Shown in pieces: positions 23,216 to 34,782 of a stretch of DNA of 64,000 bases. The translations under genes were made by a program, and so were the position numbers. The stretch is from positions 1,600,001-1,664,000 of the forward strand of contig CBDFLJ010000001.1 of NCBI GenBank assembly GCA_965248835.1, read 5' to 3'. Origin of the DNA: Alphaproteobacteria bacterium. GTDB taxonomy: Bacteria > Pseudomonadota > Alphaproteobacteria > MPNO01. Within the stretch, counting starts at the first letter, position 1; every line of letters starts with the position of its first letter. The notes under the pieces were generated by a model that was given only the letters and a program-made list of their open reading frames with translations, was not told the origin of the DNA and did not search any database.

Positions 23216-23716
23216 ATGGCACGTGTGAAGTTCGATCGGATCGATCTGCGAATCCTCCGCGACCTGCAGGATCGGGGCAGGATGACCAATGTCGAGCTCG
23301 CCCGTCGCGCGGGGATATCGCCGCCACCCTGCCTGCGCCGTGTGCGCGCCTTGGAGGAGGCCGGCTGCATCCTCGGCTACCACGCCGAAATCGATCCCGA
23401 GTCGCTGGGTTTCGGTGTGACGGTCTTCGCCAATGTCGGGCTGCACAGCCAGGCCGAGGCCGACCTGATCGGCTTCGAGACCCTGGTCGGGTCCTGGCCC
23501 GAGGTGCGCGAGTGCCACATGCTGGCCGGCGAGACCGACTTTCTTCTGAAGATCGTCGCGACCGACTGGGATGCCTATCAGCGCTTCCTGACGACCAGAC
23601 TCACTGCGGCGCCGAACGTCTCGGTGGTGAAGTCGGCCTTGGCGGTGCGGACCTCCAAACACCGTCCGGGCGTGCCGATCGCCCTCGATGAGCCGCGCGG
23701 CACCGCTGCCCGCTGA
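23216..23716 (+). CDS. Lrp/AsnC family regulator
   Basis: DRIDLRILRDLQ..GRMTNVELA, SPPPCLRRVRALE, ECHMLAGETDFLLK. Confidence 0.93.
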   Translation: MARVKFDRIDLRILRDLQDRGRMTNVELARRAGISPPPCLRRVRALEEAGCILGYHAEIDPESLGFGVTVFANVGLHSQAEADLIGFETLVGSWPEVRECHMLAGETDFLLKIVATDWDAYQRFLTTRLTAAPNVSVVKSALAVRTSKHRPGVPIALDEPRGTAAR

Positions 23717-23735
23717 CCGCGCTGACTGCCCCGCC

Positions 23736-24209
23736 TCAGCGATAGCTGACGCTGGTGACCTCGAAGGAGCGGATGCCCCTGGGTGTGGTGACTTCGACCG
23801 AATCGCCGATCGTGCGGCCGATCACCGCGCGCGCCAGCGGCGAGTTGATGGACAGACGGCCGGCATCGACGTCGGACTCGTGCTCGCCGACAAGCTGGAA
23901 GGTTCGCTTCTCGCCGGTGTCCTCGTCGGACAACGTAACGGCGGCGCCGAACTTGACGTTCTTGCCGGACAGCTTGCTGACGTCGATGATCTCGGCGCGG
24001 CGGATGATATCCTCGAGATCGGCCACGCGGCCCTCCACGAAGGCCTGCCGTTCGCGGGCGGCGTGGTATTCGGCATTCTCGGAAAGATCGCCGTGCTCGC
24101 GCGCCTCGGCAATCGAACGGATGATCTCCGGACGCTCCGTGGACTTCAAGCGCCGCAGCTCCGCATCGAGCCTGGCGTAGCCATCCGATGTCATGGGGAC
24201 TTTGTCCAT
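23736..24209 (-). CDS. greA: transcription elongation factor GreA
   Basis: [27 protein letters not shown]. Confidence 0.97.
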   Translation of the reverse strand: MDKVPMTSDGYARLDAELRRLKSTERPEIIRSIAEAREHGDLSENAEYHAARERQAFVEGRVADLEDIIRRAEIIDVSKLSGKNVKFGAAVTLSDEDTGEKRTFQLVGEHESDVDAGRLSINSPLARAVIGRTIGDSVEVTTPRGIRSFEVTSVSYR

Positions 24210-24297
24210 CACCTGTCCGTCCACGCGATACACCCCCACGCACGCTTCGGACCCTGGCGGGCCGATATGCGTGCCTGGGCAACCACAAGGCGCCTGA

Positions 24298-24326
24298 ATC
24301 TAGGACCGCGTCCAGCCGACTTCAAG
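24298..24326 (-). promoter_or_regulatory. candidate greA promoter (RpoH/RpoD-like)
   Basis: CTTGAA-N16-CCTAGAT on the minus strand. Confidence 0.5.
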
Positions 24327-24416
24327 GGTCTGCGCCCGGCGCTGCGATCGGCCGCGGCCGGTCGCATGCCGCCCGATGCCGAGAGACAAATACGAGGAAG
24401 TGAAATTTATCCAGTA

Positions 24417-24431
24417 TTAACAACTAGTTAC
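24417..24431. promoter_or_regulatory. CtrA-like box upstream of yqeY-dnaG-rpoD
   Basis: TTAA-CAACTAG-TTAC, one mismatch to TTAA-N7-TTAA, inside an AT-rich patch. Confidence 0.45.
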
Positions 24432-24503
24432 ACCGTTCACGCCAGTTGATGCCGGAGACGAATTCGGATACCCTCACCGGTCCGGGGATGGTAGCGAGGG
24501 CCG

Positions 24504-24965
24504 ATGCTGCGCGAGCATCTGAGCGATCGCCTCAAGGAGGCGATGAAGGCCAAGGAGACCTGCGTGGTCTCGACGGTCCGTCTGATCCTGACGGCGGTGA
24601 AGGACCGTGACATCGCCGCCCGCGGCAAGGGCAATGTCGAGGGCATCAGCGATCAGGAGATCCTGCGGGTCTTGCAGACGATGGTCCGCCAGCGCGAGGA
24701 GGCGATCGCCCTCTACGAGAAGGGCGGGCGCGAGGAGTTGGCGAAGCGGGAGGCCGAGGAGATCGACGTGATACGGACCTTCCTGCCGCGCCAGCTTGAC
24801 GAGGGGGAACTGACCCGGGCGGTGCGCTCGATCCTCGAGGAGATCGGGGCGGCCAGGCTCAAGGACATGGGGCGCACGATGGCCGTGCTGAAGCAGCGCT
24901 ATGCCGGCCGGATGGATTTCACAAAGGCCTCGGCTGTGGTAAAGGCGGAGTTGACCGGCGGGTGA
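24504..24965 (+). CDS. GatB/YqeY domain protein
   Basis: LKEAMKAKE, MVRQREE, FLPRQL, KDMGR.M. Confidence 0.92.
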   Translation: MLREHLSDRLKEAMKAKETCVVSTVRLILTAVKDRDIAARGKGNVEGISDQEILRVLQTMVRQREEAIALYEKGGREELAKREAEEIDVIRTFLPRQLDEGELTRAVRSILEEIGAARLKDMGRTMAVLKQRYAGRMDFTKASAVVKAELTGG

Positions 24966-25040
24966 GGCCGCCCGTTTCGCTGTCGGCGCATCGCGTTGCG
25001 GGCGGCGAAAGCCCCGCCGAGCGGCACGACAAGGATTGGC

Positions 25041-26861
25041 ATGGCGATCTCGCCTGATTTCCTCGACGAGCTGCGTGCACGGGTCGGGCTCGCCGATGTC
25101 ATCGCCCGGCATGTCCAGCTCAAGCGCAGCGGCCGGGAGGCTTCGGGCCTGTGCCCGTTCCACAACGAGAAGACGCCGTCCTTCACCGTCAGCGAGGAGA
25201 AGGGGTTCTTCCATTGCTTCGGCTGCGGCGCCCACGGCGACGTGGTCGGCTTCGTGATGCGCGTGGAGGGGCTGTCGTTCCCCGAGGCGGTCGATCGGCT
25301 GGCCGGCGAGGCCGGTCTCGATGTCCCGCAGGCGAGCCCGGAAGTCCGCGAGGCCGAGCGCCGGAAGGCCGATCTCCACGGTGTGATGGAGCGGTGCTGC
25401 GGTTTCTTCGAGCGCGAGCTCGCCGGTCCGCGCGGTCTCGAGGCGCGGGCCTACCTGGAGCGGCGCGGGATCGATCCGGCGACACGCGCCCGGTTCCGCC
25501 TGGGCTATGCGCCGGACTCGCGCACCGCGCTGCGCAACGCGGTCATGGACGCGACGGTCCCCGAAGCGATGCTGGTGGAGACCGGCATGTTGATCCGCCC
25601 CGAGACCGATACGCCGTATGACCGGTTCCGCGGGCGGGTGATGTTCCCGATCACCGACCGGCGCGGCCGGGTGATCGCCTTCGGCGGCCGGATCCTGGGC
25701 GACGGCAAGCCCAAATACCTCAACTCGCCGGACACGCCGCTGTTCCACAAGGGCCGGGTGCTCTACGGCATGGCGACCGCGCGCCGGGCGGCCCACGACC
25801 AGGGCCGGGTGGTGGTGGTCGAGGGCTACACCGACGTGATTGCGCTGACCCGGGCGGGCATCACCGAGGCGGTCGCGCCGCTCGGCACGGCGATCACCGA
25901 AAGCCACCTGCACGAGCTCTGGCGCATGGCGGACGAGCCGATCCTGTGCTTCGACGGCGACGCGGCGGGCAAGCGCGCGGCCTGGCGCGCGGCCGAACGC
26001 GCCCTGCCGATCCTGCGGCCCGGGAAATCGCTGCAGTTCGTCAGCCTCCCGACCGGCGAGGACCCGGACAGCCTGCTTGCCCAGGGCGGCCCGGGAGCAA
26101 TCGATTCGTGCCTTGCGCAGCGGCGCGGCCTGGTCGACGTCCTCTGGGAGATGACAACCGCTGGAAAGCGCCTGGATACGCCCGAGCGCATCGCCGGCCT
26201 CGAGCAGGTGCTCGAGCGGCTGGTCGACGGGATCGACGACCGCAAGGTCCATTTCCAGTACCGCACCCACCTGAGACGGCGCGTGGCGGAGCTTTCAGGC
26301 TTTCGCCCGAAGGTCCGACGGATCCGGAGGCCCGCCGGCGCCGACCCGGCGGCGCTTACCCGGCAGGGCCAGCGCTTCGTGCTCGCCACGGTGCTGCGCC
26401 ACCCCGGCCTGGCCGATGAATTCTGCGAGCGTCTATCGGGCCTCGATATCGCCCAGGAGAGGCTTGACAAGCTTCTCGGGGAGATTTTATTGCTGCTGAA
26501 GCAGGCGCCCGGGCTTGACGCGCCGGCACTCAGGCTCCAATTGACCGGAGCGGACGCCGAGGCGGCGGATTCGCTGCTTTGCGCGGAAACGTATGCCCAA
26601 TGGCCTATCGCGCGGCCGGAGTCATCGATTGAGTCTGCACGACAGGGTCTTACGCATGCATTGGATCGGCTCATGAAGCCGGCTTTGGACGCAGAGCTGG
26701 CGGCGGCGGAGATTGCCCTTGCGAACGATCCGAGCGACGAGAACTTCAAACGAATCCAACAACTGAAGGCATCCCAGGAATCCGGGTCCGACTACGCGGA
26801 GTTTGCCGAGATGGACCCGCCGGACCACGCCTTCGACCAGGGACGGGCGAGCGAAGCCTGA
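25041..26861 (+). CDS. dnaG: DNA primase
   Basis: CPFH..HCFGC zinc ribbon, KYLNSP, EGYTDV, FDGD, DPD. Confidence 0.97.
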   Translation: MAISPDFLDELRARVGLADVIARHVQLKRSGREASGLCPFHNEKTPSFTVSEEKGFFHCFGCGAHGDVVGFVMRVEGLSFPEAVDRLAGEAGLDVPQASPEVREAERRKADLHGVMERCCGFFERELAGPRGLEARAYLERRGIDPATRARFRLGYAPDSRTALRNAVMDATVPEAMLVETGMLIRPETDTPYDRFRGRVMFPITDRRGRVIAFGGRILGDGKPKYLNSPDTPLFHKGRVLYGMATARRAAHDQGRVVVVEGYTDVIALTRAGITEAVAPLGTAITESHLHELWRMADEPILCFDGDAAGKRAAWRAAERALPILRPGKSLQFVSLPTGEDPDSLLAQGGPGAIDSCLAQRRGLVDVLWEMTTAGKRLDTPERIAGLEQVLERLVDGIDDRKVHFQYRTHLRRRVAELSGFRPKVRRIRRPAGADPAALTRQGQRFVLATVLRHPGLADEFCERLSGLDIAQERLDKLLGEILLLLKQAPGLDAPALRLQLTGADAEAADSLLCAETYAQWPIARPESSIESARQGLTHALDRLMKPALDAELAAAEIALANDPSDENFKRIQQLKASQESGSDYAEFAEMDPPDHAFDQGRASEA

Positions 26862-26920
26862 GTGCCGCAGGACGGCCCGCCCTGCCGGCGGTGGCTGGGG
26901 GCAAGACCATAGGGACCGCG

Positions 26921-28861
<1,941 letters not shown>

Positions 28862-28890
28862 GCGGTGTGCGGCCGCGTGGCGTCACGGTC

Positions 28891-28945
28891 TCGCGCATGT
28901 TCCGGACAAGCCGGACCGGCGCGAGCAGATCCGAACATGCTCTGA
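28891..28945. repeat. short palindromic dispersed repeat (fullest copy)
   Basis: GCATGTTC...GAACATGC terminal inverted repeat; half copies at 4880-4906, 52152-52182 and 60617-60646 (minus). Confidence 0.65.
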
Positions 28946-29085
28946 CCAATCCGATGGGTTACAGTGCGGCCGCACGCTGGTAGACTGCCGCGCGTGACGA
29001 TACGTTCGCGAACGGCACGCCCTGGCAGTGGTGCAAGGGCCGGCCCGGGCCGAAACACGACAACCTGCAAGGGAGGTTGCACAAG

Positions 29086-30096
29086 ATGAAAATCACGTTT
29101 GGGAAACTGGCCGCGACCGGCGTCGCGGTCCTGACGGCGGCGGCGATCGCCGTGCCGGCCCATGCCGTCACGGAGCTCAAGGTGTCGACCGCGCTGAGTA
29201 CGAAGCACGACCAGTCTCAAGCCTTTTTCGATACCTTCATGGCGGAGATGAAAAAGGACGAGAGCGAGGTCAAGCTCAACTATATCGGCGGACCCGAGGT
29301 CACGCCGAACCGCAAGCAAGGCTCGGCAATGAAGCGCGGCCTGATCGACATCATCATGTCGCCGACGACTTACTACTCCAACCTTCAGCCCGAGGCGCGG
29401 CTGACCGGCATCTCCAACGTCCCGCCGCAGGAATGGCGCGCCAACGGCGGCTACGACATCATGGCCGACGCGTGGGCGAAGCGGATGAACGCGATCATTC
29501 TCGGCTGGGGCAATTTCTACACCACCGAGCAGTTCTCCATCTGGTTGTTGGACGAGCCCAAGCTCAGCAAGACCACGGGCATCGACCTGCGCGGCTTGAA
29601 GGTGCGCAGCACCGCGCTCTACACGCCGTTCTTCAAGGCAATGGGCGCGATCCCCAAGACCATCTCGCCGAGCGAGGTCTATACCGCGCTCGAGCGCGGT
29701 GTGGTTTCCGGGCTCGCCTGGCCCGAGGGCGGTGTCGCCTTCCGCGGCTGGCAGCGGTTCATCAAGTACCGGATCTTCCCGGGCTTCTTCCGCTCGACCA
29801 CCATGGCGACGATGAACAAGGACAAGTTCGAAAGCCTGTCCAAGAAGGCGCAGGCGCAGCTCCTCGCCGCCGGTCTGCACTACGAGAACGCCTCCGGCCA
29901 AGTCCTGAAGGAGAAGGCTCGGATCGACAACGAGAAGATCCGCGCGGCCGGCGTTCAGGACTACCACCTGAAGGGCGAATACGCCAAGGCCTATATCCAG
30001 ACGATCTACGACGCGAAATGGGCCGATGCCGCGAAGCGGAAATACACAGTTCCGTTCGAGGTGCTGAAGGCCAAGATGTTCAAGGCCGGCAGCTAG
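29086..30096 (+). CDS. dctP: TRAP transporter substrate-binding protein
   Basis: Signal peptide; LRGLKVR, SEVYTALERGVV. Confidence 0.9.
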   Translation: MKITFGKLAATGVAVLTAAAIAVPAHAVTELKVSTALSTKHDQSQAFFDTFMAEMKKDESEVKLNYIGGPEVTPNRKQGSAMKRGLIDIIMSPTTYYSNLQPEARLTGISNVPPQEWRANGGYDIMADAWAKRMNAIILGWGNFYTTEQFSIWLLDEPKLSKTTGIDLRGLKVRSTALYTPFFKAMGAIPKTISPSEVYTALERGVVSGLAWPEGGVAFRGWQRFIKYRIFPGFFRSTTMATMNKDKFESLSKKAQAQLLAAGLHYENASGQVLKEKARIDNEKIRAAGVQDYHLKGEYAKAYIQTIYDAKWADAAKRKYTVPFEVLKAKMFKAGS

Positions 30097-30119
30097 CCGC
30101 GGGCGCATCCCCGACTACG

Positions 30120-30147
30120 AGGCGCCGCCCATCGGGCGGCGCCTTTG
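30120..30147. terminator. hairpin between convergent dctP and dctM
   Basis: AGGCGCCGCCC-ATC-GGGCGGCGCCT followed by TT. Confidence 0.7.
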
Positions 30148-30156
30148 TCTTGCGCC

Positions 30157-31464
30157 TCACATCAGGCTGGGCAGCCACAGCGCCAGCCCGGGGAAGGCCA
30201 CCAGGATCAGGATCAGGATGGTGTCGCAGACCAGAAATGGGAAGGCGGCCTTGGCGACCTGGATCAGGGTCGTGCCCTTGGGCGCGACCCCAAGCATGAC
30301 GTAGAGCAATAATCCAAAGGGCGGCGTCGTTCCCGCCATCTCGATGGTGATCAGGACGAACAGCCCGTACCAGATCAGGTCGAACCCGAGCGCATGGGCC
30401 AACGGGAAGAAGATCGGCACGGTAATCAGCATCATCGAGGTCGCGTCCATGAACATGCCGAGCAGGATCAGCACGCAGAACATCAGGAACAGGATCATGA
30501 AGCGGTGCAGCTCGTAGCTGGTCACCCATTCGATCAGCCCCCTGCTCGCGCCCGAGAACGAGAGCATCTGGCTGAACACCGTCGAGTTCATGATGATCAG
30601 AAAGACCATCGCGCCCACCTTGATGGTCGCTTCGACCGCCGTGGTCATCGACGTGAAGGTCAGGGACCGGAACGCCGCCGCCAGGATAATCACCCCCAGC
30701 ACGCCTGACGCCGCGGCCTCCGTCGGCGTGGCGATGCCCAGGATGATGAAGCCGATCACCATGAACACCACCAGCCCCATCGGCAGGATGTTGGTGCAGA
30801 CGAGCCTCACCTTGGTCATCGGGCTCATATAGGGCACGTCGTAGGCCGGCGCCGAGCCCGGGTTGGTGATGAGCTGCAGCGCGATCATGCCGGCATACAG
30901 CGCCGCCAGAACCAAGCCCGGCAGAAAGCCGGCGACCAGCAGGCGCCCGACGTCGATCTCGGCGACCGCGGCCAGCAGCACGCCGAGCGCCGACGGCGGG
31001 ATGATCATGGCAAGCCCGCCGGTCCCCAGGATCGGCCCCATCGACATCTTCTGGCTGTAGCCCCGCCGGTTCATCTCCGGCACCATCAGGGAACCCAGCA
31101 TGGCGGTGTTCGCCATCGAGGAGCCGGTGAGCGTCGAGAAGACCGCACCGCCCGCGACGGTCAGAAAGCACAGCCGGCCCGGCAGCCGGCCGAAGATGGC
31201 GTCCAACCCGTCGAAGACCTTGATCGCGAGCCCGGTGTGGAAGAACAGCGAGCCCATCATGATGAACATGGGCACGGGCCCGAGCGTGAACCGGCTGATG
31301 AGCTCGGTCGAGTTGTCGGCGACCTGGATCATGCCCGAGGTGCCGGCGAAGATGATGATCGCGAGGAAATTGGTGGCGATGAACGAGAACGCCACGGGCA
31401 CGCCGAGCGCCATGAAGAACATCACCATGCCCAGCAGCAGAGCGAAGGCCCAGTACCACTCCAT
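30157..31464 (-). CDS. dctM: TRAP transporter large permease
   Basis: GSSMAN, IIPPS, TPTEAA, TPPFG; multi-TM. Confidence 0.92.
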   Translation of the reverse strand: MEWYWAFALLLGMVMFFMALGVPVAFSFIATNFLAIIIFAGTSGMIQVADNSTELISRFTLGPVPMFIMMGSLFFHTGLAIKVFDGLDAIFGRLPGRLCFLTVAGGAVFSTLTGSSMANTAMLGSLMVPEMNRRGYSQKMSMGPILGTGGLAMIIPPSALGVLLAAVAEIDVGRLLVAGFLPGLVLAALYAGMIALQLITNPGSAPAYDVPYMSPMTKVRLVCTNILPMGLVVFMVIGFIILGIATPTEAAASGVLGVIILAAAFRSLTFTSMTTAVEATIKVGAMVFLIIMNSTVFSQMLSFSGASRGLIEWVTSYELHRFMILFLMFCVLILLGMFMDATSMMLITVPIFFPLAHALGFDLIWYGLFVLITIEMAGTTPPFGLLLYVMLGVAPKGTTLIQVAKAAFPFLVCDTILILILVAFPGLALWLPSLM

Positions 31465-31466
31465 GG

Positions 31467-31994
31467 CTACATGCTCTCCCTGACCTCGGTCCGGTCGCCG
31501 TACATGTCGTCGAACCCGAAGAGGTAGCGTAGGAACTCGATCGCCACGAGCCCGAAACCGAACGGCATGGGCAGGTACAGCGTCCACTGGGGGAAATCGG
31601 CGCCGCGGTCGTCTACGGCCTCGTTGAGATAGGATTCGATCAGCAGCTCGATCGAGTAGTAGGTCAGCGCGGCACTGCCGGAGAGCGCGACGAGATAGGC
31701 GAACTTGGCCGTCACCTTCTGCACCTTGGGCGACAGGAGCTGGGTCATCGCGTCGATGAACACATGGCCCTTGATCCGCGCGAGCCAGGGCGCGGCCAGC
31801 ATGGTGAACCACAAAAGCCCGTATTCGACGAGCCCGTGGGTGCGGTCCCAGGGAAAGAAGCCCAGACCCCACTTGGACATGATCGTCAGCGCCACATCGA
31901 CGGCGATCACGACGAAGACGGCAAAGATCACCAGCCCCGAACCCACCTTCATGGCGTTCAGAAGCCACATGTGCGCCTTTGCGATCCGTTCCAC
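31467..31994 (-). CDS. dctQ: TRAP transporter small permease
   Basis: GTG start with AGGAGAG RBS; 4 TM, GHVFID. Confidence 0.85.
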   Translation of the reverse strand: MERIAKAHMWLLNAMKVGSGLVIFAVFVVIAVDVALTIMSKWGLGFFPWDRTHGLVEYGLLWFTMLAAPWLARIKGHVFIDAMTQLLSPKVQKVTAKFAYLVALSGSAALTYYSIELLIESYLNEAVDDRGADFPQWTLYLPMPFGFGLVAIEFLRYLFGFDDMYGDRTEVRESM

Positions 31995-32157
31995 GGCCTC
32001 TCCTGGATCGCGGTGCTCGCCGTGTGGCTTGGACGTGCCCGCGACGCTGCGTTCTTTTTCTTCCGCCGGCGCACCATACCCGCCCCCAGGGGCACAGAAC
32101 AACCGGCGACGATCCGCGAATTGACCGCACCGAACCCATGCGCCAAACAGGCGGTCC

Positions 32158-33090
32158 ATGCAGGAGCGAGACAGAAGCGGCACCCGAGCCACCCCGTCCG
32201 CCGCGGCGGTCGTGTTGCTGTTCGCCGCCGGCGCGACGTTCGGCCTCGCGCCGTCGCTCGCGCGGACCGCGGTGACCGGCGGCATCCCGCCCATGGGCTA
32301 CGTGTTCTGGATGGCAACCGGCGCGGCTGTCTTGAGCCTTCTCATCGCCCACGCGCGCGGGACTCGGCCACGGTTCGGCCGCGCGCATCTGCTGTACTAC
32401 GTCTTTTCCGGCGCGACCCGGATCGTGTTCGGCGGTTTCGTGATGTACACGACCCTGGCTCACGTGCCCGCCGGGGTGGTCGCGATCGTGCTCGCCACCG
32501 CGCCGTTGATGACCTACTTCGTCAGGTTGTTGCTCGGCCAGGAGCGCCTGATCGGCGGGCGTGCGCTCGGCATCTGCCTGGGCCTTGCCGGCGTCGGGTT
32601 CCTGTTCGGCCCGAGCACCGCTCTGCCCGACCCCGCCGTGCTCGGCTGGCTCGCGTTCGCGTTCCTGGTGCCGGTGCTCTACACGGTCTCGAACCTCACC
32701 ATCGAGCGGCTGCGCCCGCCGGATGAGGACTCGATCACCCTGACCGCCGGCATGCTGGTGAGCGTGGTCGTCCTCGCCGCCGCGCTCGCGTTGGCGACCG
32801 GCCAGTTCCACCCGCTCTGGCGCACCGGGTTCGCGCTGCCGGAAGCGGCCATGTTCACTCACTCGGTAGCCATGGCCGGCGCGTTCCTCGGTCTCTACGA
32901 AGTGGTGCGCCGCAGCGATGCGACCTTCGGCGGCCAGGTCTCCTACATTTCCACGATCTCGGGCATCGTCTTCGGCATGCTGCTGCTGGGCGAGCGCCCC
33001 AGCATCTGGGTCTGGGTCGCCGTCGCCTGCATCCTGGCCGGGGTCTACCAGGTCAGCCGCACGCCCAGCGTCGGGCGAACGCGCTTGTAA
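32158..33090 (+). CDS. DMT/EamA family transporter
   Basis: About 10 TM, two EamA repeats (LGQER / LLGERP). Confidence 0.85.
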   Translation: MQERDRSGTRATPSAAAVVLLFAAGATFGLAPSLARTAVTGGIPPMGYVFWMATGAAVLSLLIAHARGTRPRFGRAHLLYYVFSGATRIVFGGFVMYTTLAHVPAGVVAIVLATAPLMTYFVRLLLGQERLIGGRALGICLGLAGVGFLFGPSTALPDPAVLGWLAFAFLVPVLYTVSNLTIERLRPPDEDSITLTAGMLVSVVVLAAALALATGQFHPLWRTGFALPEAAMFTHSVAMAGAFLGLYEVVRRSDATFGGQVSYISTISGIVFGMLLLGERPSIWVWVAVACILAGVYQVSRTPSVGRTRL

Positions 33091-33123
33091 CCTTTCCGCT
33101 TGCATGGCAGCCTGCCACTCCGT

Positions 33124-33200
33124 GGGCCCGTAGTTCAGCTGGTTAGAACGCACCGCTCATAACGGTGTTGTCGCAGGTTCGAGTCCTGCCGGGCCCACCA
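33124..33200 (+). tRNA. tRNA with CAT anticodon, most likely tRNA-Ile2 (lysidine)
   Basis: GGGCCCG/CGGGCCC acceptor stem, CACCG-CTCATAA-CGGTG anticodon arm, GTTCGA T-loop, encoded CCA; lacks initiator features. Confidence 0.92.
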
Positions 33201-33257
33201 CCCGATGCCGCATGGTGGGTGGCCGGAAATGGATGGGGATCTGAAGGCTCAAGCGCC

Positions 33258-33389
33258 GTGACGGTGGCCATCTTACTGGTCCTGGCCGGTATCCTGGTCG
33301 TCGTCGGGGTCCTGGTGATTGCCTATAAGCTGGTCAACCGGCTTCCCCACGATCATGACGGCCGGAATGACAGGGGAGGCACCTGCTGA
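33258..33389 (+). CDS. putative 43-aa single-TM protein
   Basis: GTG start; VAILLVLAGILVVVGVLVIAYKL hydrophobic helix. Confidence 0.45.
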   Translation: MTVAILLVLAGILVVVGVLVIAYKLVNRLPHDHDGRNDRGGTC

Positions 33390-33498
33390 GCCGGCTCGAC
33401 GCGGCAACTCTCGGCGCGGACGGCAAACTGTGCTTGGCTCGACGGGATATTCGGCTAAGGTGGCAGCGCTCGGCAACTAGCAAAAGGCTTCGACGGCA

Positions 33499-33612
33499 AT
33501 GTCAGATGCATCAGAAACCAACGACCTGAAATATGTCGGAATCGTCGCGACGATCATCGGCAGCGTCGTCCTGGTGCTGGGCCTGATCGGTATCCTGCTG
33601 ACCCTTTCCTGA
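33499..33612 (+). CDS. putative 37-aa single-TM protein
   Basis: Manual translation MSDASETNDLKYVGIVATIIGSVVLVLGLIGILLTLS*; below the ORF-track cutoff. Confidence 0.5.
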   Translation: MSDASETNDLKYVGIVATIIGSVVLVLGLIGILLTLS

Positions 33613-33677
33613 CCGCGGCCCTATCGTCCCGGACACCGCTGCAGGCTCGAACCGCTTCGCGAATCGCTCTGCCCGGC

Positions 33678-33760
33678 TCCGGAAATGGGGCGGCGTCCAC
33701 AGGAATAGAACAACGGTGAGGATGATCGAGTCGGGCGCGCCCGTCGGGCCCCTTGCGACA
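33678..33760 (-). pseudogene. protoheme IX farnesyltransferase (ctaB/cyoE) fragment
   Basis: TGAPDSIILTVVLFLWTPPHF matches the CtaB signature FLWTPPHF; flanks unrelated. Confidence 0.7.
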
Positions 33761-33857
33761 AGGCACCGCATGGGGTGCGGCGGATAGGCCCTAGACCCGA
33801 AAGGGGAGTTACTCTAGGGTTCCCTCCGGGAGATTTCAGCTTCAGGACGGGTCTGGG

Positions 33858-34733
33858 ATGATTGTTGCGATCGCGTTGATCCTCGTAGCCGTCGGGTCGG
33901 TGGTGTTTCACTTCATGAGCCCGTGGTGGTGGACCCCAATCGCGTCGAACTGGGGGTTCATCGACGCCACCATCATCATCACCTTCTGGATCACCGGCGT
34001 CGTCTTCATCGCCGTCATCCTGTTCATGGCGTTCTGCATCGTTAAGTACCGCTACCGCCCGGGCAACCGGGCGGTCTACGAGCCCGAGAACAAGAAGATG
34101 GAATGGTGGCTCACCGGTCTTACCACGGTGGGGGTTGCCGGGATGCTGGCGCCGGGGCTGATCGTGTGGCAGCAGTTCGTCACCGTCCCCGACGGCGCCT
34201 CCTCGATCGAGGTCGTCGGCCAGCAGTGGCAGTGGAGCTATCGCTTCCCCGGCAAGGACGGCAAGCTCGGCACCACCAACATCCGCAAGATCGACGGCGA
34301 CAATCCCTTCGGCATCAATCTGGACGACCCCGCCGGGCGTGACGACGTCCTGATCGAGGGCGATGACCTGCACATCCCGATGGGCAAGCCGATCAGGGTG
34401 CTGCTGCGCTCGATCGACGTCCTGCACGACTTCTACGTGCCGGAGTTCCGCGCCAAGATGGACATGGTTCCCGGCGCGATCACCTATTTCTGGTTCACGC
34501 CCATCCGGCCCGGCACGTTCGATATCCTCTGCTTCGAGCTGTGCGGGGTCGGCCACCATACCATGCGCAGCCAGGTCGTCGTCGAGGAGGAAGCCGCGTT
34601 CAACGACTGGCTGCAGGAACAAGAGACGTTTGCCCAGACGTTGGCGCGCGCCGGCAAACCGCCGGGCGAGACCCGGCAGCTCCTCGCGCGCAAAGCCGGG
34701 GGAGACCCTGCTGCGGAACCGACCGCGCAATGA
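33858..34733 (+). CDS. coxM: alternative cytochrome c oxidase subunit II
   Basis: GQQWQW, DVLHDF, CuA motif CFELCGVGHHTM. Confidence 0.9.
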   Translation: MIVAIALILVAVGSVVFHFMSPWWWTPIASNWGFIDATIIITFWITGVVFIAVILFMAFCIVKYRYRPGNRAVYEPENKKMEWWLTGLTTVGVAGMLAPGLIVWQQFVTVPDGASSIEVVGQQWQWSYRFPGKDGKLGTTNIRKIDGDNPFGINLDDPAGRDDVLIEGDDLHIPMGKPIRVLLRSIDVLHDFYVPEFRAKMDMVPGAITYFWFTPIRPGTFDILCFELCGVGHHTMRSQVVVEEEAAFNDWLQEQETFAQTLARAGKPPGETRQLLARKAGGDPAAEPTAQ

Positions 34734-34782
34734 AACATCGAGCGACCGAGACACAGGAACTTGAATCGAAGAGGCTGTTCTG

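Noticed and set aside
29061-29080. RBS-sequestering hairpin (CAACCT/AGGTTG) as a riboswitch before dctP
   Set aside because: Only 6 bp and no recognisable aptamer
30157-33153. 998-aa ORF suggesting a giant DctM fusion
   Set aside because: Only 30157-31464 is DctM; the upstream part overlaps dctQ in another frame and is antisense to the EamA gene
33124-33200. tRNA-fMet or elongator tRNA-Met
   Set aside because: G1-C72 is paired and there are no three G-C pairs in the anticodon stem, ruling out fMet; the sequence resembles Ile2 more than elongator Met, though that cannot be fully excluded by eye
33185-33225. tRNA 3' end as an integration (att) site for the downstream accessory region
   Set aside because: No integrase and no downstream duplicate of the tRNA 3' end seen in the window; only a short local inverted repeat
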